DNA of 58,959 bases from a virus (lineage: Duplodnaviria; Caudoviricetes): the IMG/VR virus record IMGVR_UViG_3300030103_000167, positions 1 to 58,959 of that record, one strand, 5' to 3'. The translations under genes were made by a program, and so were the position numbers. The notes under the pieces are model-generated. The model saw nothing but the letters and a program-made list of their open reading frames with translations. It did not search any database and had not been told where the DNA came from. Positions 1-9,790 of this stretch are shown here, piece after piece. Within the stretch, counting starts at the first letter, position 1. Each line of letters starts with the position of its first letter.

Positions 1-2144
1 CTAGATAAAGAATTATCTCCTACTGCCACATTATTACTACCTGTAGTTATTGCATCACCTGCAACAGAACCTACAGCAGTGTTACGAGTTCCTGTAGTGT
101 TTGCTCTTAAAGCTCTGTATCCAACTCCTGTATTGTTAGAAGCAGTAGTATTGTTTTCTAAAGACTCAGAACCGACTGCTACATTGTTTGTACCTGAAGT
201 ATTTTCAAAAAGTGCTGCATACCCACAAGTTGTATTATCTGTACCTGTATTTTTAAATAAACTTTGTGAACCTATAGCTGTAACTTGGTTGGCTTGTGCT
301 GCACCTCCTGCTGCTTCAAAACCGACAGCAGTAACATTATTAGCTGTAGTATTATTATCAGCAGACCCAAAACCAACTGCTGTGTTTTGAGTACCTGTAG
401 TGTTTCCAGCTAAGGAACTACCACCAACTGCTGTATTAGAAGAACCTGTAGTGTTTGCACTTAATGATAATCTGCCAATAGCTGTATTGTTACTTGCTGT
501 GGTATTTGCATCTAAAGCATTAGCACCCATAGCAACATTAAACTGTCCTGTAGTATTGACACCCATAGCAAAAACACCAACTGCGGTATTGTTTCCAGCA
601 GTGGTATTAGCTTCTAATGCTCTCATTCCTAGTGCTGTATTTGAACCACCAGTCGTACAAGCTTCTAATGCTTCTGCACCAACAGCTACATTTTCAATTC
701 CTGTAGTATTTGCTACTAATGCTAAAGAGCCTATTCCAACATTTTGAGTACCTGTTGTGTTTGATAATAAAGCTGCATAACCTACTGCTGTGTTGGCATT
801 TGCAGTGGTGTTTGCTCCTAGTGCCTCTCTACCTATACCAACATTGTTTATACCTGTCGTATTATTTTCAAGTGCTAAAACACCCATAGCCACATTATCT
901 GTGCCTGTCGTATTGTCAAGTAATGCTTGAAAGCCAAAAGCTGTATTATTATTAGCTGTAGTGTTTGTTGATAATGCTTGATAACCAAAAGCTGTATGAT
1001 TAGAACCTGTAGTGTTAGCATCTAAGGCTTGTGCACCAACAACAGTATTTTTAGCTCCTTCGGTATTCACCAACATAGATTTTCTACCTAATGAAACATT
1101 ATTACTTGCTGTAGTATTAGCACTTAATGCTTGATAGCCTAAAGCAGTATTGTCTGTTCCTGTTGTATTAGCATCTAAGGATAATGAACCTACTGCGGTG
1201 TTTTCATCACCTGTGGTGTTTACTCTTAATGCATTTTTGCCAACTGCTGTGTTATCAGATGCAGTAGTATTAGATTCTAAGGCATTATGACCAAGACCTG
1301 TATTTTGTGAGCCTGTAGTATTAGCCCCTAAAGAATCTTTACCTATTGCTGTGTTTGTATTTCCTGTAGTGTTAGCATCTAAAGAAGCTGAACCGACTGC
1401 TGTATTGTTTGCACCTGTTGTGTTTGACAGTAAAGCTGTAAATCCAACCGCAGTGTTGCTTGATGCTGTCGTATTAGCTTCTAATGCAGCAAAACCAACA
1501 GCTACATTACTACTTCCTGTTGTTAAACCTTTTAAAGAATCAGCACCTATGCCTACATTATTATCTCCACTTGTTAATGCAGCAAATACAGTATCACCTA
1601 GACCTGTGTTATTAGTAGCAGCGTCTAATGTACCTGTACTTGCGTTTTGACTTATTAAAATACTGTCCTCAAAGTTTGTTGTATCAGCTAGAATACCTAC
1701 GCCATTTATAGCACCTACATTTAAACTAGCAAAAGCGTCAACTATTGCTGCTCCTGAACCTGCTCCATCAGAATAAACTGCTTTTACATCTCCTGCTGGT
1801 ATAGTTACATTAGCACCACTACCTTGCGAAATAATTATATTTTGTGAACCGCTAGTGCCGTTTTCTATAAACCAAAGTTTAGATACTGTGTTTGGACCTA
1901 GTGTAATAGTACAAGCTGAATCAAGTGCACCTGTGTATTTTAAATAAATACTTCTTCCTTCGTCTGTTGCTCCGTCTGCTATTGTGGTTGTATGTGTGTC
2001 TGCATTTGTAGTAATAGCTTCTGTGCCAAAGCTAAATGCTTCAGCAATAAGTTCTAAATTAGTATTAGTGCTTGTTCCCCAAGTTCCTGATTCATCACCA
2101 GTTGCTATTTCTTTAAGCCTTAAATCGTTTGTATATGCTGCCAT
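1..2144 (-). CDS. Tail fibre / receptor-binding protein (N-terminal part; runs off window edge)
   Basis: Not in the ORF track because it is open at the edge. ATG at 2144 with GGAGG RBS; MAAYTNDLRLKEIATGDESGTWGTSTNTNLELIAEAF N-terminus, then tandem 14-aa NTAVGxxALxxNTT[GA] repeats (YadA/Hep_Hag-like beta-roll). Confidence 0.85.
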   Translation of the reverse strand, partial: MAAYTNDLRLKEIATGDESGTWGTSTNTNLELIAEAFSFGTEAITTNADTHTTTIADGATDEGRSIYLKYTGALDSACTITLGPNTVSKLWFIENGTSGSQNIIISQGSGANVTIPAGDVKAVYSDGAGSGAAIVDAFASLNVGAINGVGILADTTNFEDSILISQNASTGTLDAATNNTGLGDTVFAALTSGDNNVGIGADSLKGLTTGSSNVAVGFAALEANTTASSNTAVGFTALLSNTTGANNTAVGSASLDANTTGNTNTAIGKDSLGANTTGSQNTGLGHNALESNTTASDNTAVGKNALRVNTTGDENTAVGSLSLDANTTGTDNTALGYQALSANTTASNNVSLGRKSMLVNTEGAKNTVVGAQALDANTTGSNHTAFGYQALSTNTTANNNTAFGFQALLDNTTGTDNVAMGVLALENNTTGINNVGIGREALGANTTANANTAVGYAALLSNTTGTQNVGIGSLALVANTTGIENVAVGAEALEACTTGGSNTALGMRALEANTTAGNNTAVGVFAMGVNTTGQFNVAMGANALDANTTASNNTAIGRLSLSANTTGSSNTAVGGSSLAGNTTGTQNTAVGFGSADNNTTANNVTAVGFEAAGGAAQANQVTAIGSQSLFKNTGTDNTTCGYAALFENTSGTNNVAVGSESLENNTTASNNTGVGYRALRANTTGTRNTAVGSVAGDAITTGSNNVAVGDNSLS

Positions 2145-2189
2145 TTCTTCCTCCGATTTGTTTGATTGTACACTATATTTTTGTAAATA

Positions 2190-3083
2190 TTAAGCAACTT
2201 CTTTCCAATTAGGTGTTTGCGTATCTGATACATCAGTATAGCTTGGTGTTTGGGTTGTTGTTACTCCTGAATAACCAGCTGTTTGAGCATCGTTTACTAA
2301 TCCCCAGATATTAACAATATTAGCTTCTGCCGTTGCACTTACTCCTGTAGGAACAATTATAGCTTTAGCCACAGTGCTAACAGAACCTAAACTTGTTGTC
2401 GCAGTAAAACCTGTAACAGCTATTGTATTAGATGATTTTTGTGTTACTGTGCCTAAACTTGAAGTGCCGCTTATACCTGTAACAGCTACATTTGCACCTG
2501 CTGTTACTGTTTCGTCACCTAAACTTGTTACTGAAGCTACAGCAGTAACACCTGTAACAGCGGCACCTGCAGTGATAGCATTTCCTAATGCAGAAGTACC
2601 CGTATTACCTGTTGGACTTATATTTGCATCTGCTGCAATACTTTCATCACCTAAAGTACCTGTACCAGCAACGCCTGTAGGTGAGATATTAGCTTCAGCT
2701 ATTATGCTCTCATTACCTAGTGTTCCTGTGGATGAAACTCCCGTGGGTGAAACGCTAGCCTTGGCTACTACACTTTCATTTCCTAGTGTTCCTGTTCCAG
2801 CAACACCTGTAGGTGAGATAACAGCAGTGCCCGTTACTGTTTCGTTACCTAAAGAAGAATTAGCACTTAAACCAGTAACACTTACATTAGCTTTAGCTAC
2901 AACTGTTTCGTTACCTAAAGTAGCAGTTCCCGATACACCTGTAAGTGTTATATTAGCTTCTGCAACAATAGAAACACTGTTTACAGAACCTGTAGCTGAT
3001 ACACCAGTTAATTCAACAGGTATAGACGTGCCCCAAGCACCATCGCCCCAAGCACCTCTGCCCCAGCCTGTTATATCAGCCAT
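2190..3083 (-). CDS. Virion structural protein with ~22-aa Thr/Gly/Val repeats
   Basis: Repeats of the type ANISPTGVAGTGTLGNESVVAK; GWGRGAWGDGAWG N-terminus; lies in the tail module. Confidence 0.6.
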   Translation of the reverse strand: MADITGWGRGAWGDGAWGTSIPVELTGVSATGSVNSVSIVAEANITLTGVSGTATLGNETVVAKANVSVTGLSANSSLGNETVTGTAVISPTGVAGTGTLGNESVVAKASVSPTGVSSTGTLGNESIIAEANISPTGVAGTGTLGDESIAADANISPTGNTGTSALGNAITAGAAVTGVTAVASVTSLGDETVTAGANVAVTGISGTSSLGTVTQKSSNTIAVTGFTATTSLGSVSTVAKAIIVPTGVSATAEANIVNIWGLVNDAQTAGYSGVTTTQTPSYTDVSDTQTPNWKEVA

Positions 3084-3089
3084 AAGCTA

Positions 3090-3518
3090 CTAAGCTATTC
3101 TTATAATTGCGTTAGAAGCGTCTGCTGTTGGGAATTGAATAGTGAAATCACCTGCGGTTGAGGTTTTATCTCCACCAAAATCTAAAACACATACTGAAGG
3201 GTCTGAAGTTGCGGCTTCGTTATAAATTAATGCACCTCTTGCAGTAATTGTAGCTGTACTGAAAGTTAAATCATTAAAATCAGTTAAAGCTGTTGTTCCT
3301 GATGTTGTTGGGGTTACACTTGTTAAAAAAGCACCTTTAGCAGTATACCCAGTTCCACTCACCTCATTACTTGAAGTATATGCAGTAGTAGCCGCATCTA
3401 AAGAAGCACTGCTTGTATAAAGTGCTAATTTAAATTGGTCACTCGCTGCTGTAAAATTATGTGTACCAGTCATCAATTCTTTTTTAAATGAAGTACACAT
3501 CGCTTGTGTTATTGCCAT
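3090..3518 (-). CDS. Virion structural protein
   Basis: MAITQAMCTSFKKEL...FKLALYT...LDFGGDKTSTAGDFTIQFP, a conserved marine phage structural family. Confidence 0.65.
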   Translation of the reverse strand: MAITQAMCTSFKKELMTGTHNFTAASDQFKLALYTSSASLDAATTAYTSSNEVSGTGYTAKGAFLTSVTPTTSGTTALTDFNDLTFSTATITARGALIYNEAATSDPSVCVLDFGGDKTSTAGDFTIQFPTADASNAIIRIA

Positions 3519-3808
3519 TATAGTCTCCTAATAATATTAGCCATTTCTTTATGACCTTGTTTTTCTAATAAACCTGCTACAGTTGCTCTGTCACTAGCAA
3601 TAGCTTGTTTTACATATAATAAAATAACTTGTTGGATAGTGTCTTTAAATGCTTCTGCTTGGGCTTTTACCATAGGGTCAGCATTATCACTTATACCAAT
3701 AAGTTTTTCTACTAATCTTTCTGTCCAATATTCAGGACTTAAACCTTTATTTTCTGTTGTTTGAACATTAACAGTACCTAATGTCGGTTTTACATCTACA
3801 CTAAACAT
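3518..3808 (-). CDS. Conserved hypothetical phage protein
   Basis: ORF translationally coupled to its neighbours. Confidence 0.55.
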   Translation of the reverse strand: MFSVDVKPTLGTVNVQTTENKGLSPEYWTERLVEKLIGISDNADPMVKAQAEAFKDTIQQVILLYVKQAIASDRATVAGLLEKQGHKEMANIIRRL

Positions 3809-4466
3809 TTGGTGCTCCTACATTAAGTTTTACTTGATCGTTACGTGCTTCGTCTCTTAAATTTTTAAATTCACCCAAAACTTTTAATGTGCTAAGTGCT
3901 TCTTGATATTTAGTTTCGTATATAGATATAGCTTGTGGGTCAAGTTTCATAAAAACAGCTCCCTCTACTAAAGCACCAAATAATAAAGCATTAGGTGCAT
4001 TTTCCGATAACCAACTTTGTTCAGAATCACCAAGACTCGTTACAGAAGCAGGTCTGTAATAATAATGTAATTCCACACTAAAATTAGCGTTAGGAGTAGG
4101 AGCTACTATAAATGTATTATCATCAAACTGTGCATAGTAAAGGGGTTTGCCTGTTGTTGCTTCTTGTGGTGTGTAATCTCTTATAAACGAAACTTGTTTT
4201 AATAAAAGATATGAAAAGTTGTTACTAGAATCCTTTAAAGCTAAACTAAAAGTAGATAAATAATCAGTGGGTGTAGATAAATAAGTATTACCTGAGGTCA
4301 TTGTGCCACCTACATTTTTTCTAAATACAGGTAATTGAACACTTTTTAATATTCTTTCTTCAGCAGTTGTGATGAAATTATCTATATTATTAACAAAAGT
4401 TGTTTCTGTATTATCTAAATAATCTTGTATTGCTGTTTTTAATGTTGTTTTAGTAAATCCTGCCAT
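3801..4466 (-). CDS. Head-tail adaptor / tail tubular A-like protein
   Basis: TLKTAIQDY...FITTAEERI...GKPLYYA...APTP...LLFGALVEG pattern; position after capsid genes. Confidence 0.6.
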   Translation of the reverse strand: MAGFTKTTLKTAIQDYLDNTETTFVNNIDNFITTAEERILKSVQLPVFRKNVGGTMTSGNTYLSTPTDYLSTFSLALKDSSNNFSYLLLKQVSFIRDYTPQEATTGKPLYYAQFDDNTFIVAPTPNANFSVELHYYYRPASVTSLGDSEQSWLSENAPNALLFGALVEGAVFMKLDPQAISIYETKYQEALSTLKVLGEFKNLRDEARNDQVKLNVGAPNV

Positions 4467-4807
4467 TACGTAATACTCACTGTCACACTACCTATATTTG
4501 CTGTGCCATTGGTGCCCTCTAGTTTACTACCAATAGGGTCACTTTGAAAAGTCATTCCTGCGGCAGCTTGATTTGTTGTTTTAACTAAACCTAGTTGTGT
4601 TTGTGGTAAATCTACCTCAGGTCTAGGTTGGTGTAAGGCTTCAGCATCAGCAGATAGCGGTGGTGGGTTAAGTTGCGGATGTTTTACCTCAAAACACTCA
4701 TGACATACTTTAGAATTGTTCCATTCTTGTCTAGCTGTAGTATACCTGTATCTAAAACCACAAGTATCGCAAATAAAATAGGCGTATTTACCAGAAGCGT
4801 AAGACAT
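4466..4807 (-). CDS. Zn-finger protein (CxxC...CxxC), head completion region
   Basis: CDTCG and CHEC motifs, KHPQL. Confidence 0.55.
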   Translation of the reverse strand: MSYASGKYAYFICDTCGFRYRYTTARQEWNNSKVCHECFEVKHPQLNPPPLSADAEALHQPRPEVDLPQTQLGLVKTTNQAAAGMTFQSDPIGSKLEGTNGTANIGSVTVSIT

Positions 4808-5478
4808 TAGATATATTGCCTTTTAGGAACAATTTTAAGTGGAGACCTATCTTCATCGTATTTAATAGCATTTAATAAATCTTGTTCATATTGTTGTTTG
4901 AGTATGGGTAACTTTTGCGTGTTCTTTTTTAAACATAAGTAATAAGCTAACCCAGAAGTTAAGCAAGGTAAAAATCTATTAGGAACATCTATATCTTGGT
5001 CTGAAGCGTCTATATCCTCTATTGTTCTCCAAACATAGTAAATGAGTTTGTCTGTCGAGTTCTCTGGTGTTGGGTATAAATGTATTACTGGTGTTGTTAG
5101 TCTTTCTAACCAATACTGCGTAGGTCTAGCTTCAGTCAGTTTATTAGGAATACCTACATATTCGTTTCTATCCATCCTACTAATTCTAAAATCAGTAATC
5201 ACATTATTAACAGTTTTCTCTATATATGCGTCTAGTATATCGATATCGAAAGAGTTTATGCTGTACTCATTAGTACCTTTAGTCAGTGTAATTTCGTTTT
5301 TAGCAACCTCCCACATCTGTATGCCTCTATTATTCCAATCAGCAAACATAATATTTAAAGAACGTCTAGCAGTTACTGCATCATAAGACGTACGAGCTTC
5401 CAAACCTGCAAGTTCGTACGCCTCCTCGATTGCGTTAGCTACATTAACTGAAAAAGCTCTTGTGCCTGACGTCGCCAT
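4807..5478 (-). CDS. Head-tail adaptor / tail tubular protein A-like
   Basis: MATSGT...IEEAYE...ARRSLN...WNNRG...RFLPCLTSGLAYYL, a conserved podophage adaptor family. Confidence 0.65.
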   Translation of the reverse strand: MATSGTRAFSVNVANAIEEAYELAGLEARTSYDAVTARRSLNIMFADWNNRGIQMWEVAKNEITLTKGTNEYSINSFDIDILDAYIEKTVNNVITDFRISRMDRNEYVGIPNKLTEARPTQYWLERLTTPVIHLYPTPENSTDKLIYYVWRTIEDIDASDQDIDVPNRFLPCLTSGLAYYLCLKKNTQKLPILKQQYEQDLLNAIKYDEDRSPLKIVPKRQYI

Positions 5479-5479
5479 A

Positions 5480-5806
5480 TTAAGTGTAATAAGCTACGAA
5501 AAAATCACAATTAGCCAATACAACGTATGCACCAGTTCCAAACTTTACACCATCATTAGGTATATAGTGGTCGAAACTTTCATTAGCCGCTGAGCCAAAT
5601 TTAAAATGTATCAATAGTTTAGTGTCTGTATCACTTGTGCCATCGTATATTTTAATCTCGCCGTCTGCAGCACTTGCCTGTGCTTGTATGGATTGGATTC
5701 TAATAGGTCCTAGGTTAGTTGCAGTACCTGCATCTGCTCCAATAAAACCTTGTAGCTGTCCAGTTGAAGTCAAAGCCTTAGACGCTTTTACATCTGATGA
5801 ACTCAT
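5480..5806 (-). CDS. Small virion structural protein
   Basis: Beta-rich, YIPNDGVKF C-terminal motif, GGAGG RBS. Confidence 0.5.
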   Translation of the reverse strand: MSSSDVKASKALTSTGQLQGFIGADAGTATNLGPIRIQSIQAQASAADGEIKIYDGTSDTDTKLLIHFKFGSAANESFDHYIPNDGVKFGTGAYVVLANCDFFVAYYT

Positions 5807-5818
5807 AGTGACCTCCTA

Positions 5819-6325
5819 TTATGCGTCAGCAAATGGTGTAACTAAAGTGCCTGAACCTAAAGTAATTCCTTCTACTGCATATTTTGCACTACCTACTGCA
5901 GTTACTTTAATAATACTACCTGCTAATCCGCCTTTAGTAGAACCGTTTAAAGTAATTACATCATTAGAAGCACCAGAAATAAATGTTTTACCAGTAGCGT
6001 TATTAACGCCTGTGTATAAACCACCTACGAATTTATCGGTTCCGTCAGTTAAAATATCCATATCTGTAGCAGCTGTTTCTACTACAAATAAGAAAGAAGC
6101 ACCTAAATTATTTAATTGATTTGGGTCGCTATTATCTCCAGGGTCAGTAGTAACAATACTTGGTAAAGTAAATTTACCATCAGCGTCATTACATGTTAAT
6201 ATTTTACCTGCGTGTGACTCAACTGTTAATGTAGTATCTGCTGTTAAACTAACAACTACTGCATTACCTGCCGATATAAACCCCGCCAAAGATTTAACGG
6301 GACCTGAGAATGTACTCTTTGCCAT
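5819..6325 (-). CDS. Virion structural protein (head fibre/decoration-like)
   Basis: MAKSTFSGPV N-terminus typical of the gene following gpT-like capsids; Gly/Thr-rich. Confidence 0.55.
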   Translation of the reverse strand: MAKSTFSGPVKSLAGFISAGNAVVVSLTADTTLTVESHAGKILTCNDADGKFTLPSIVTTDPGDNSDPNQLNNLGASFLFVVETAATDMDILTDGTDKFVGGLYTGVNNATGKTFISGASNDVITLNGSTKGGLAGSIIKVTAVGSAKYAVEGITLGSGTLVTPFADA

Positions 6326-6343
6326 ATTAAGTTCTCCTTAATA

Positions 6344-6400
6344 AATCTATCGTCTTGGCTTGTCTGCTAGGTCAGTCGATAGATTGTTTATATTACCTAG
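6344..6400 (-). ncRNA. Pseudoknotted RNA element downstream of the capsid gene (candidate Mu-gpT-DE motif)
   Basis: 9-bp stem AATCTATCG (6344-6352) / CGATAGATT (6377-6385) crossed by 6-bp pairing CTAGGT (6367-6372) / ACCTAG (6395-6400); lies downstream of a gpT-like MCP. Confidence 0.6.
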
Positions 6401-6428
6401 AATCTTGTCATTCTATATTATTCAAAAC

Positions 6429-6456
6429 AAAAAAGAAAGGGGACCGAAGTCCCCTT
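6429..6456 (-). terminator. Rho-independent terminator after MCP
   Basis: Minus strand GGGGAC-TTCG-GTCCCC followed by TTTCTTTTTT. Confidence 0.9.
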
Positions 6457-6475
6457 AAAAAACAAGTTAGCTTGT

Positions 6476-7384
6476 TTATGCTCCAGGAGAGCCAAAAATA
6501 CCTCTCCAATCACTAAAACCAAAACTATAACGTTCTCTAGCTTTATATCTAACATTACCTGTTTCGAAATCACCTTCCATGCTTGTTTGCACTGGTGTTC
6601 TAACAAAATGTTTTAAGCCATTAGGTACGTCCGTTTTGATAAAGAATGCGTCTGTATCAGTCAGATAGTTGTTTACAACGTAACCTTGTGGGACCATACC
6701 CATGTTTCTGATTGCGTTGATATCATTATCTGATGTTTGCACACGTCCAGGAGACTCCATAAGTCTATCAGCTACAAATTGTAATGCTGGTGGAATTATG
6801 AGTTTTGTTGCTTGTGCGTTAATTTTCATGCCTCTTTCATCTTTGAAGTCAGAAATATCTATTAATGACTGCTCTAATGAAGTTTCATTTAAATCCGCTG
6901 CTGTTGACAATTCATTTCTTAAATCAATGTTGCCTACAGTAGGGTGGTCTGTCGCACACAGCTCTTTTCCGTCGCCTCCAACAAAGGATGAATTAAAAGC
7001 ATTGTTTAAAACATTAGCTGCTTTAACTTGCTTTGTAGTATTCATCGACCTTGCTAAAGCTCTTGTATATCTTGAAGAAAGAGTATCGTAGAGATTATCT
7101 TCGATAGCTTCTTCAGTCAATGCGAAAGCCAAGGCTATGGTTTCGTGTGTATATCTTGATGTAAACGATTCCTGTGCAGTATCATAGACTACGGCAGCAC
7201 CTTCACCTTTAATAGGTGCTTCACCAAAACCAGAAAGCATAACTTCTTCTTCAAAAGCTCTTTCAGAACTTTCTGTGTCGAAGATTTCTTCATGTTGGTT
7301 TTCGTATCTGTCGTATTCCAATCCAAAGAGAGCATGTAAGCCAGGAACAAGTTCTTTTACAAGTTGTGCTCTGTTAATTGCCAT
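6476..7384 (-). CDS. Major capsid protein (Mu gpT-like, HK97 fold)
   Basis: MAINRAQLVKELVPGL...ITEEAIEDNLY-like...GDFETGNVRYKARERYSFGFSDWRG; followed by a strong terminator. Confidence 0.9.
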   Translation of the reverse strand: MAINRAQLVKELVPGLHALFGLEYDRYENQHEEIFDTESSERAFEEEVMLSGFGEAPIKGEGAAVVYDTAQESFTSRYTHETIALAFALTEEAIEDNLYDTLSSRYTRALARSMNTTKQVKAANVLNNAFNSSFVGGDGKELCATDHPTVGNIDLRNELSTAADLNETSLEQSLIDISDFKDERGMKINAQATKLIIPPALQFVADRLMESPGRVQTSDNDINAIRNMGMVPQGYVVNNYLTDTDAFFIKTDVPNGLKHFVRTPVQTSMEGDFETGNVRYKARERYSFGFSDWRGIFGSPGA

Positions 7385-7398
7385 TATCTACTCCTATA

Positions 7399-7938
7399 CT
7401 ATACTGCGAAAGTGTTTGTTGGGAACGTAAAGTAAGCTCTAGCATTAGCACCTATTGAATTACTAGGGTTTAATGCAAAGCCTACACACAAAGCTACACC
7501 ACTAGATGTTGTAGCTGTAACTCCTTCTTTTGATCTGCCAGTAACAGTGCTACCTGCAGTTGTTGAAAGAGTGTACTTGTCGCCGATGAAACTTACTGCA
7601 GGTGTACCTGCTGTAAATTGTGCCTCATATACAATTCCAGGGTCATTGTATACTAATGCAATAGCGTCATCAGTTCCTTGTGTTGCGGTTCCGCCTGTCC
7701 ACACTTTAGAAAACGTAGGTGTACCATCAGTTGCTGTGAAAAATACCCCGTAAAATACGCCTACTGGTGTTCCTGTCGCCGTGCCTTGAATTACATAACC
7801 ACTAGATAGGTTTACAACGTCTCCACTAAATATTGAAGCCGAAGTGCCACTAGCAATTCTCATTCTTGCAGGACGAATAACACCACCATACATATGATAC
7901 GCAGGGGTAAATCCATCAGGGGCGTTTGTATTTGCCAT
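7399..7938 (-). CDS. Capsid decoration/cement protein
   Basis: MANTNAPDGFTP...IFSGDVV...GVFYG...DPGIVYEAQ; immediately upstream of MCP. Confidence 0.65.
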   Translation of the reverse strand: MANTNAPDGFTPAYHMYGGVIRPARMRIASGTSASIFSGDVVNLSSGYVIQGTATGTPVGVFYGVFFTATDGTPTFSKVWTGGTATQGTDDAIALVYNDPGIVYEAQFTAGTPAVSFIGDKYTLSTTAGSTVTGRSKEGVTATTSSGVALCVGFALNPSNSIGANARAYFTFPTNTFAV

Positions 7939-7970
7939 TTTTTACTCCTATGTTTTTATAGTTGTTAATA

Positions 7971-8468
7971 TTAATCGTCGGAATTATTCCTACTACCAAA
8001 TTCAACCTTAGAACTTCTTTTAATATCGCTTTGATTTAAAGGCATTCTAGGGTCGCTTTCTCGCATAAAGTTCTGGTCTACACCGTCGATTGCAGTTTTT
8101 GCCTGCTGCGTAAAATAATCATTTCTTGATTTTGCGGTTTCCTCAGGTACTTTAGCAAGTATTAGTCCTCCAACACCAATGACTCCTTTATTTCTTCCGT
8201 GGTCAATACTTGGGGCTTCGAAATCAGGATAATCTTCTGCTCTCACAGGTTCATAGCCTTCTCTAATACGTTTAGACATATTAGATTTATCATCGTTGCC
8301 TCTAGTTGCCTCACGAATCCACCTGAATTTATATCCAGGAGGTGGGGTGGGTGCATCCAACATGGATGGGGGTGTCCAAGGTTTACTGCGAGTTTGAGAG
8401 TCTCGTGTCTCTGCAGACCTAGAGTTTCTGTCTGTTACGACTTCTGTATGTTTCATATCATCTGTCAT
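7971..8468 (-). CDS. Conserved head-module protein
   Basis: KPWTPPSMLDAPTPPPGYKFRWIR...REGYEPV...GVGGLILAK. Confidence 0.6.
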   Translation of the reverse strand: MTDDMKHTEVVTDRNSRSAETRDSQTRSKPWTPPSMLDAPTPPPGYKFRWIREATRGNDDKSNMSKRIREGYEPVRAEDYPDFEAPSIDHGRNKGVIGVGGLILAKVPEETAKSRNDYFTQQAKTAIDGVDQNFMRESDPRMPLNQSDIKRSSKVEFGSRNNSDD

Positions 8469-8470
8469 CT

Positions 8471-9340
8471 TTATACTCCTTCAATATGCTTTGCATATTC
8501 ATTTAGTGGGACGCCTAATCTTTTAGCAATAGCTACCTGACTTGACGTCAATTTTACTTTGCGTGCACCTTTTTTACCAGCAACTCCAGGAGTTGAGGCA
8601 GCAACCTGTTGCACGGGGGTTTGTTGCTCTTGCGAAAACTTTGTAGGGAAATTTGCTTTCATCCTATTATCTACTTCCTTGTAGTAGTCATCAGAAGTTG
8701 GGTCATACCCTTCATCTTCTACTAATTGTCTGTGAATACCGAAAGCTGCGAAAGTCATTACTGTATCAGTTCCGAACCAAGTATTTTCTTTTGCCCACTC
8801 CTCTGCTCTTGGGTCAGGGGTTTGTGGTGCATTAGTTTGTAATTGAACTGGTTCGTTCTGTACAATCTGCTCCTCTTTTTTATCTCTAACTGCTTGTTGG
8901 GCTTGTAACCTTTTTAAGTTTTCTGCCTCAGCACTAGCACGAGATAATTTTTCTGTAGCATTTGCAACCGCTTCTGCATCTCCTGCATCCTGAGCTTCTT
9001 TCAAATGAATTTTAGCTCTTTCAATATCTGATTGTACTCTACTATCGTACTCTTTGAAAAGGGAGGAGTCTGAATTTTTTAGTTTTTCTTTTAATTCAGT
9101 GTTACTAGAGTTTATAGATTTAGCGTAATTTAGTGCTTCATCTCTTTGTCGCTCAGCCTCTCTCATTTTATAAGTTAGTTTATCAATACGTTTTTTAACG
9201 CTCTCACTAACTTCGTCTAATTCGTTTTTATGTTCTAACTCAGTTGTTTGAACTTCTTCTACTACAGATTCTTCTGTTGTTTCTTGTTCTTCATCTGGCA
9301 AAACTAATTCTATATTTTCTGCTTGATTGTTATCTTGCAT
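8471..9340 (-). CDS. Capsid scaffolding protein
   Basis: Acidic coiled coil, KRIDKLT, W..ENTWFG, C-terminal LTSSQVAIAKRLGVPLNEYAK. Confidence 0.75.
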   Translation of the reverse strand: MQDNNQAENIELVLPDEEQETTEESVVEEVQTTELEHKNELDEVSESVKKRIDKLTYKMREAERQRDEALNYAKSINSSNTELKEKLKNSDSSLFKEYDSRVQSDIERAKIHLKEAQDAGDAEAVANATEKLSRASAEAENLKRLQAQQAVRDKKEEQIVQNEPVQLQTNAPQTPDPRAEEWAKENTWFGTDTVMTFAAFGIHRQLVEDEGYDPTSDDYYKEVDNRMKANFPTKFSQEQQTPVQQVAASTPGVAGKKGARKVKLTSSQVAIAKRLGVPLNEYAKHIEGV

Positions 9341-9355
9341 AATTTCTCCTGTTAA

Positions 9356-9790
9356 TTATGATATTATTGCTTCTGGGTCATCAACAACAGCAAGTATTTC
9401 ATCATCATTTAGAAGTCGCATATCGCCACCTTCTATTTGAAAACGTGCACCTGCATATCTGCCAAAGATAACCCAATCACCTTTTTTACACCACGCACCT
9501 TCTGGAAACTTAATAGTGTCCGCATAGGCGTCAGGTCCAAGTGCAACTACATGACCTACTACAGTAGACAAACGTTCTTTATCGATTGTTTGTTTTGCAA
9601 TATGTATGCCACCTTTAGTTACGCTTTTTTGTGCAAAAGGTAAAATTAAGATACGATACCCCGTAGGACGTGGTAACTTATCTGCATGAGATTCGTAGTT
9701 TTCTGGTGTGATTTCGTTTTCAGAAACTTCTTCTTTTAACTTATCACTACCAAAATTATCTACCCGATTTGGAATAACCTTGTTATTCAT
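9356..9790 (-). CDS. groES: GroES-like co-chaperonin
   Basis: PTGYRILI...TKGGI...GHVVALGP...GDWVIFGRYAG...LLNDDEILAVV, Cpn10 signature. Confidence 0.85.
   Translation of the reverse strand: MNNKVIPNRVDNFGSDKLKEEVSENEITPENYESHADKLPRPTGYRILILPFAQKSVTKGGIHIAKQTIDKERLSTVVGHVVALGPDAYADTIKFPEGAWCKKGDWVIFGRYAGARFQIEGGDMRLLNDDEILAVVDDPEAIIS

Noticed and set aside
79-3093. Plus-strand ORFs of 69-239 aa in the tail region, and similar ones throughout the window
   Set aside because: Antisense shadows of minus-strand genes with repetitive or biased codons; no RBS and no motifs. Only 38422-39864 is a credible plus-strand gene
6418-6606. 62-aa minus-strand ORF overlapping the MCP end (possible frameshift extension)
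   Set aside because: It runs through the terminator, and no slippery site or RBS was identified
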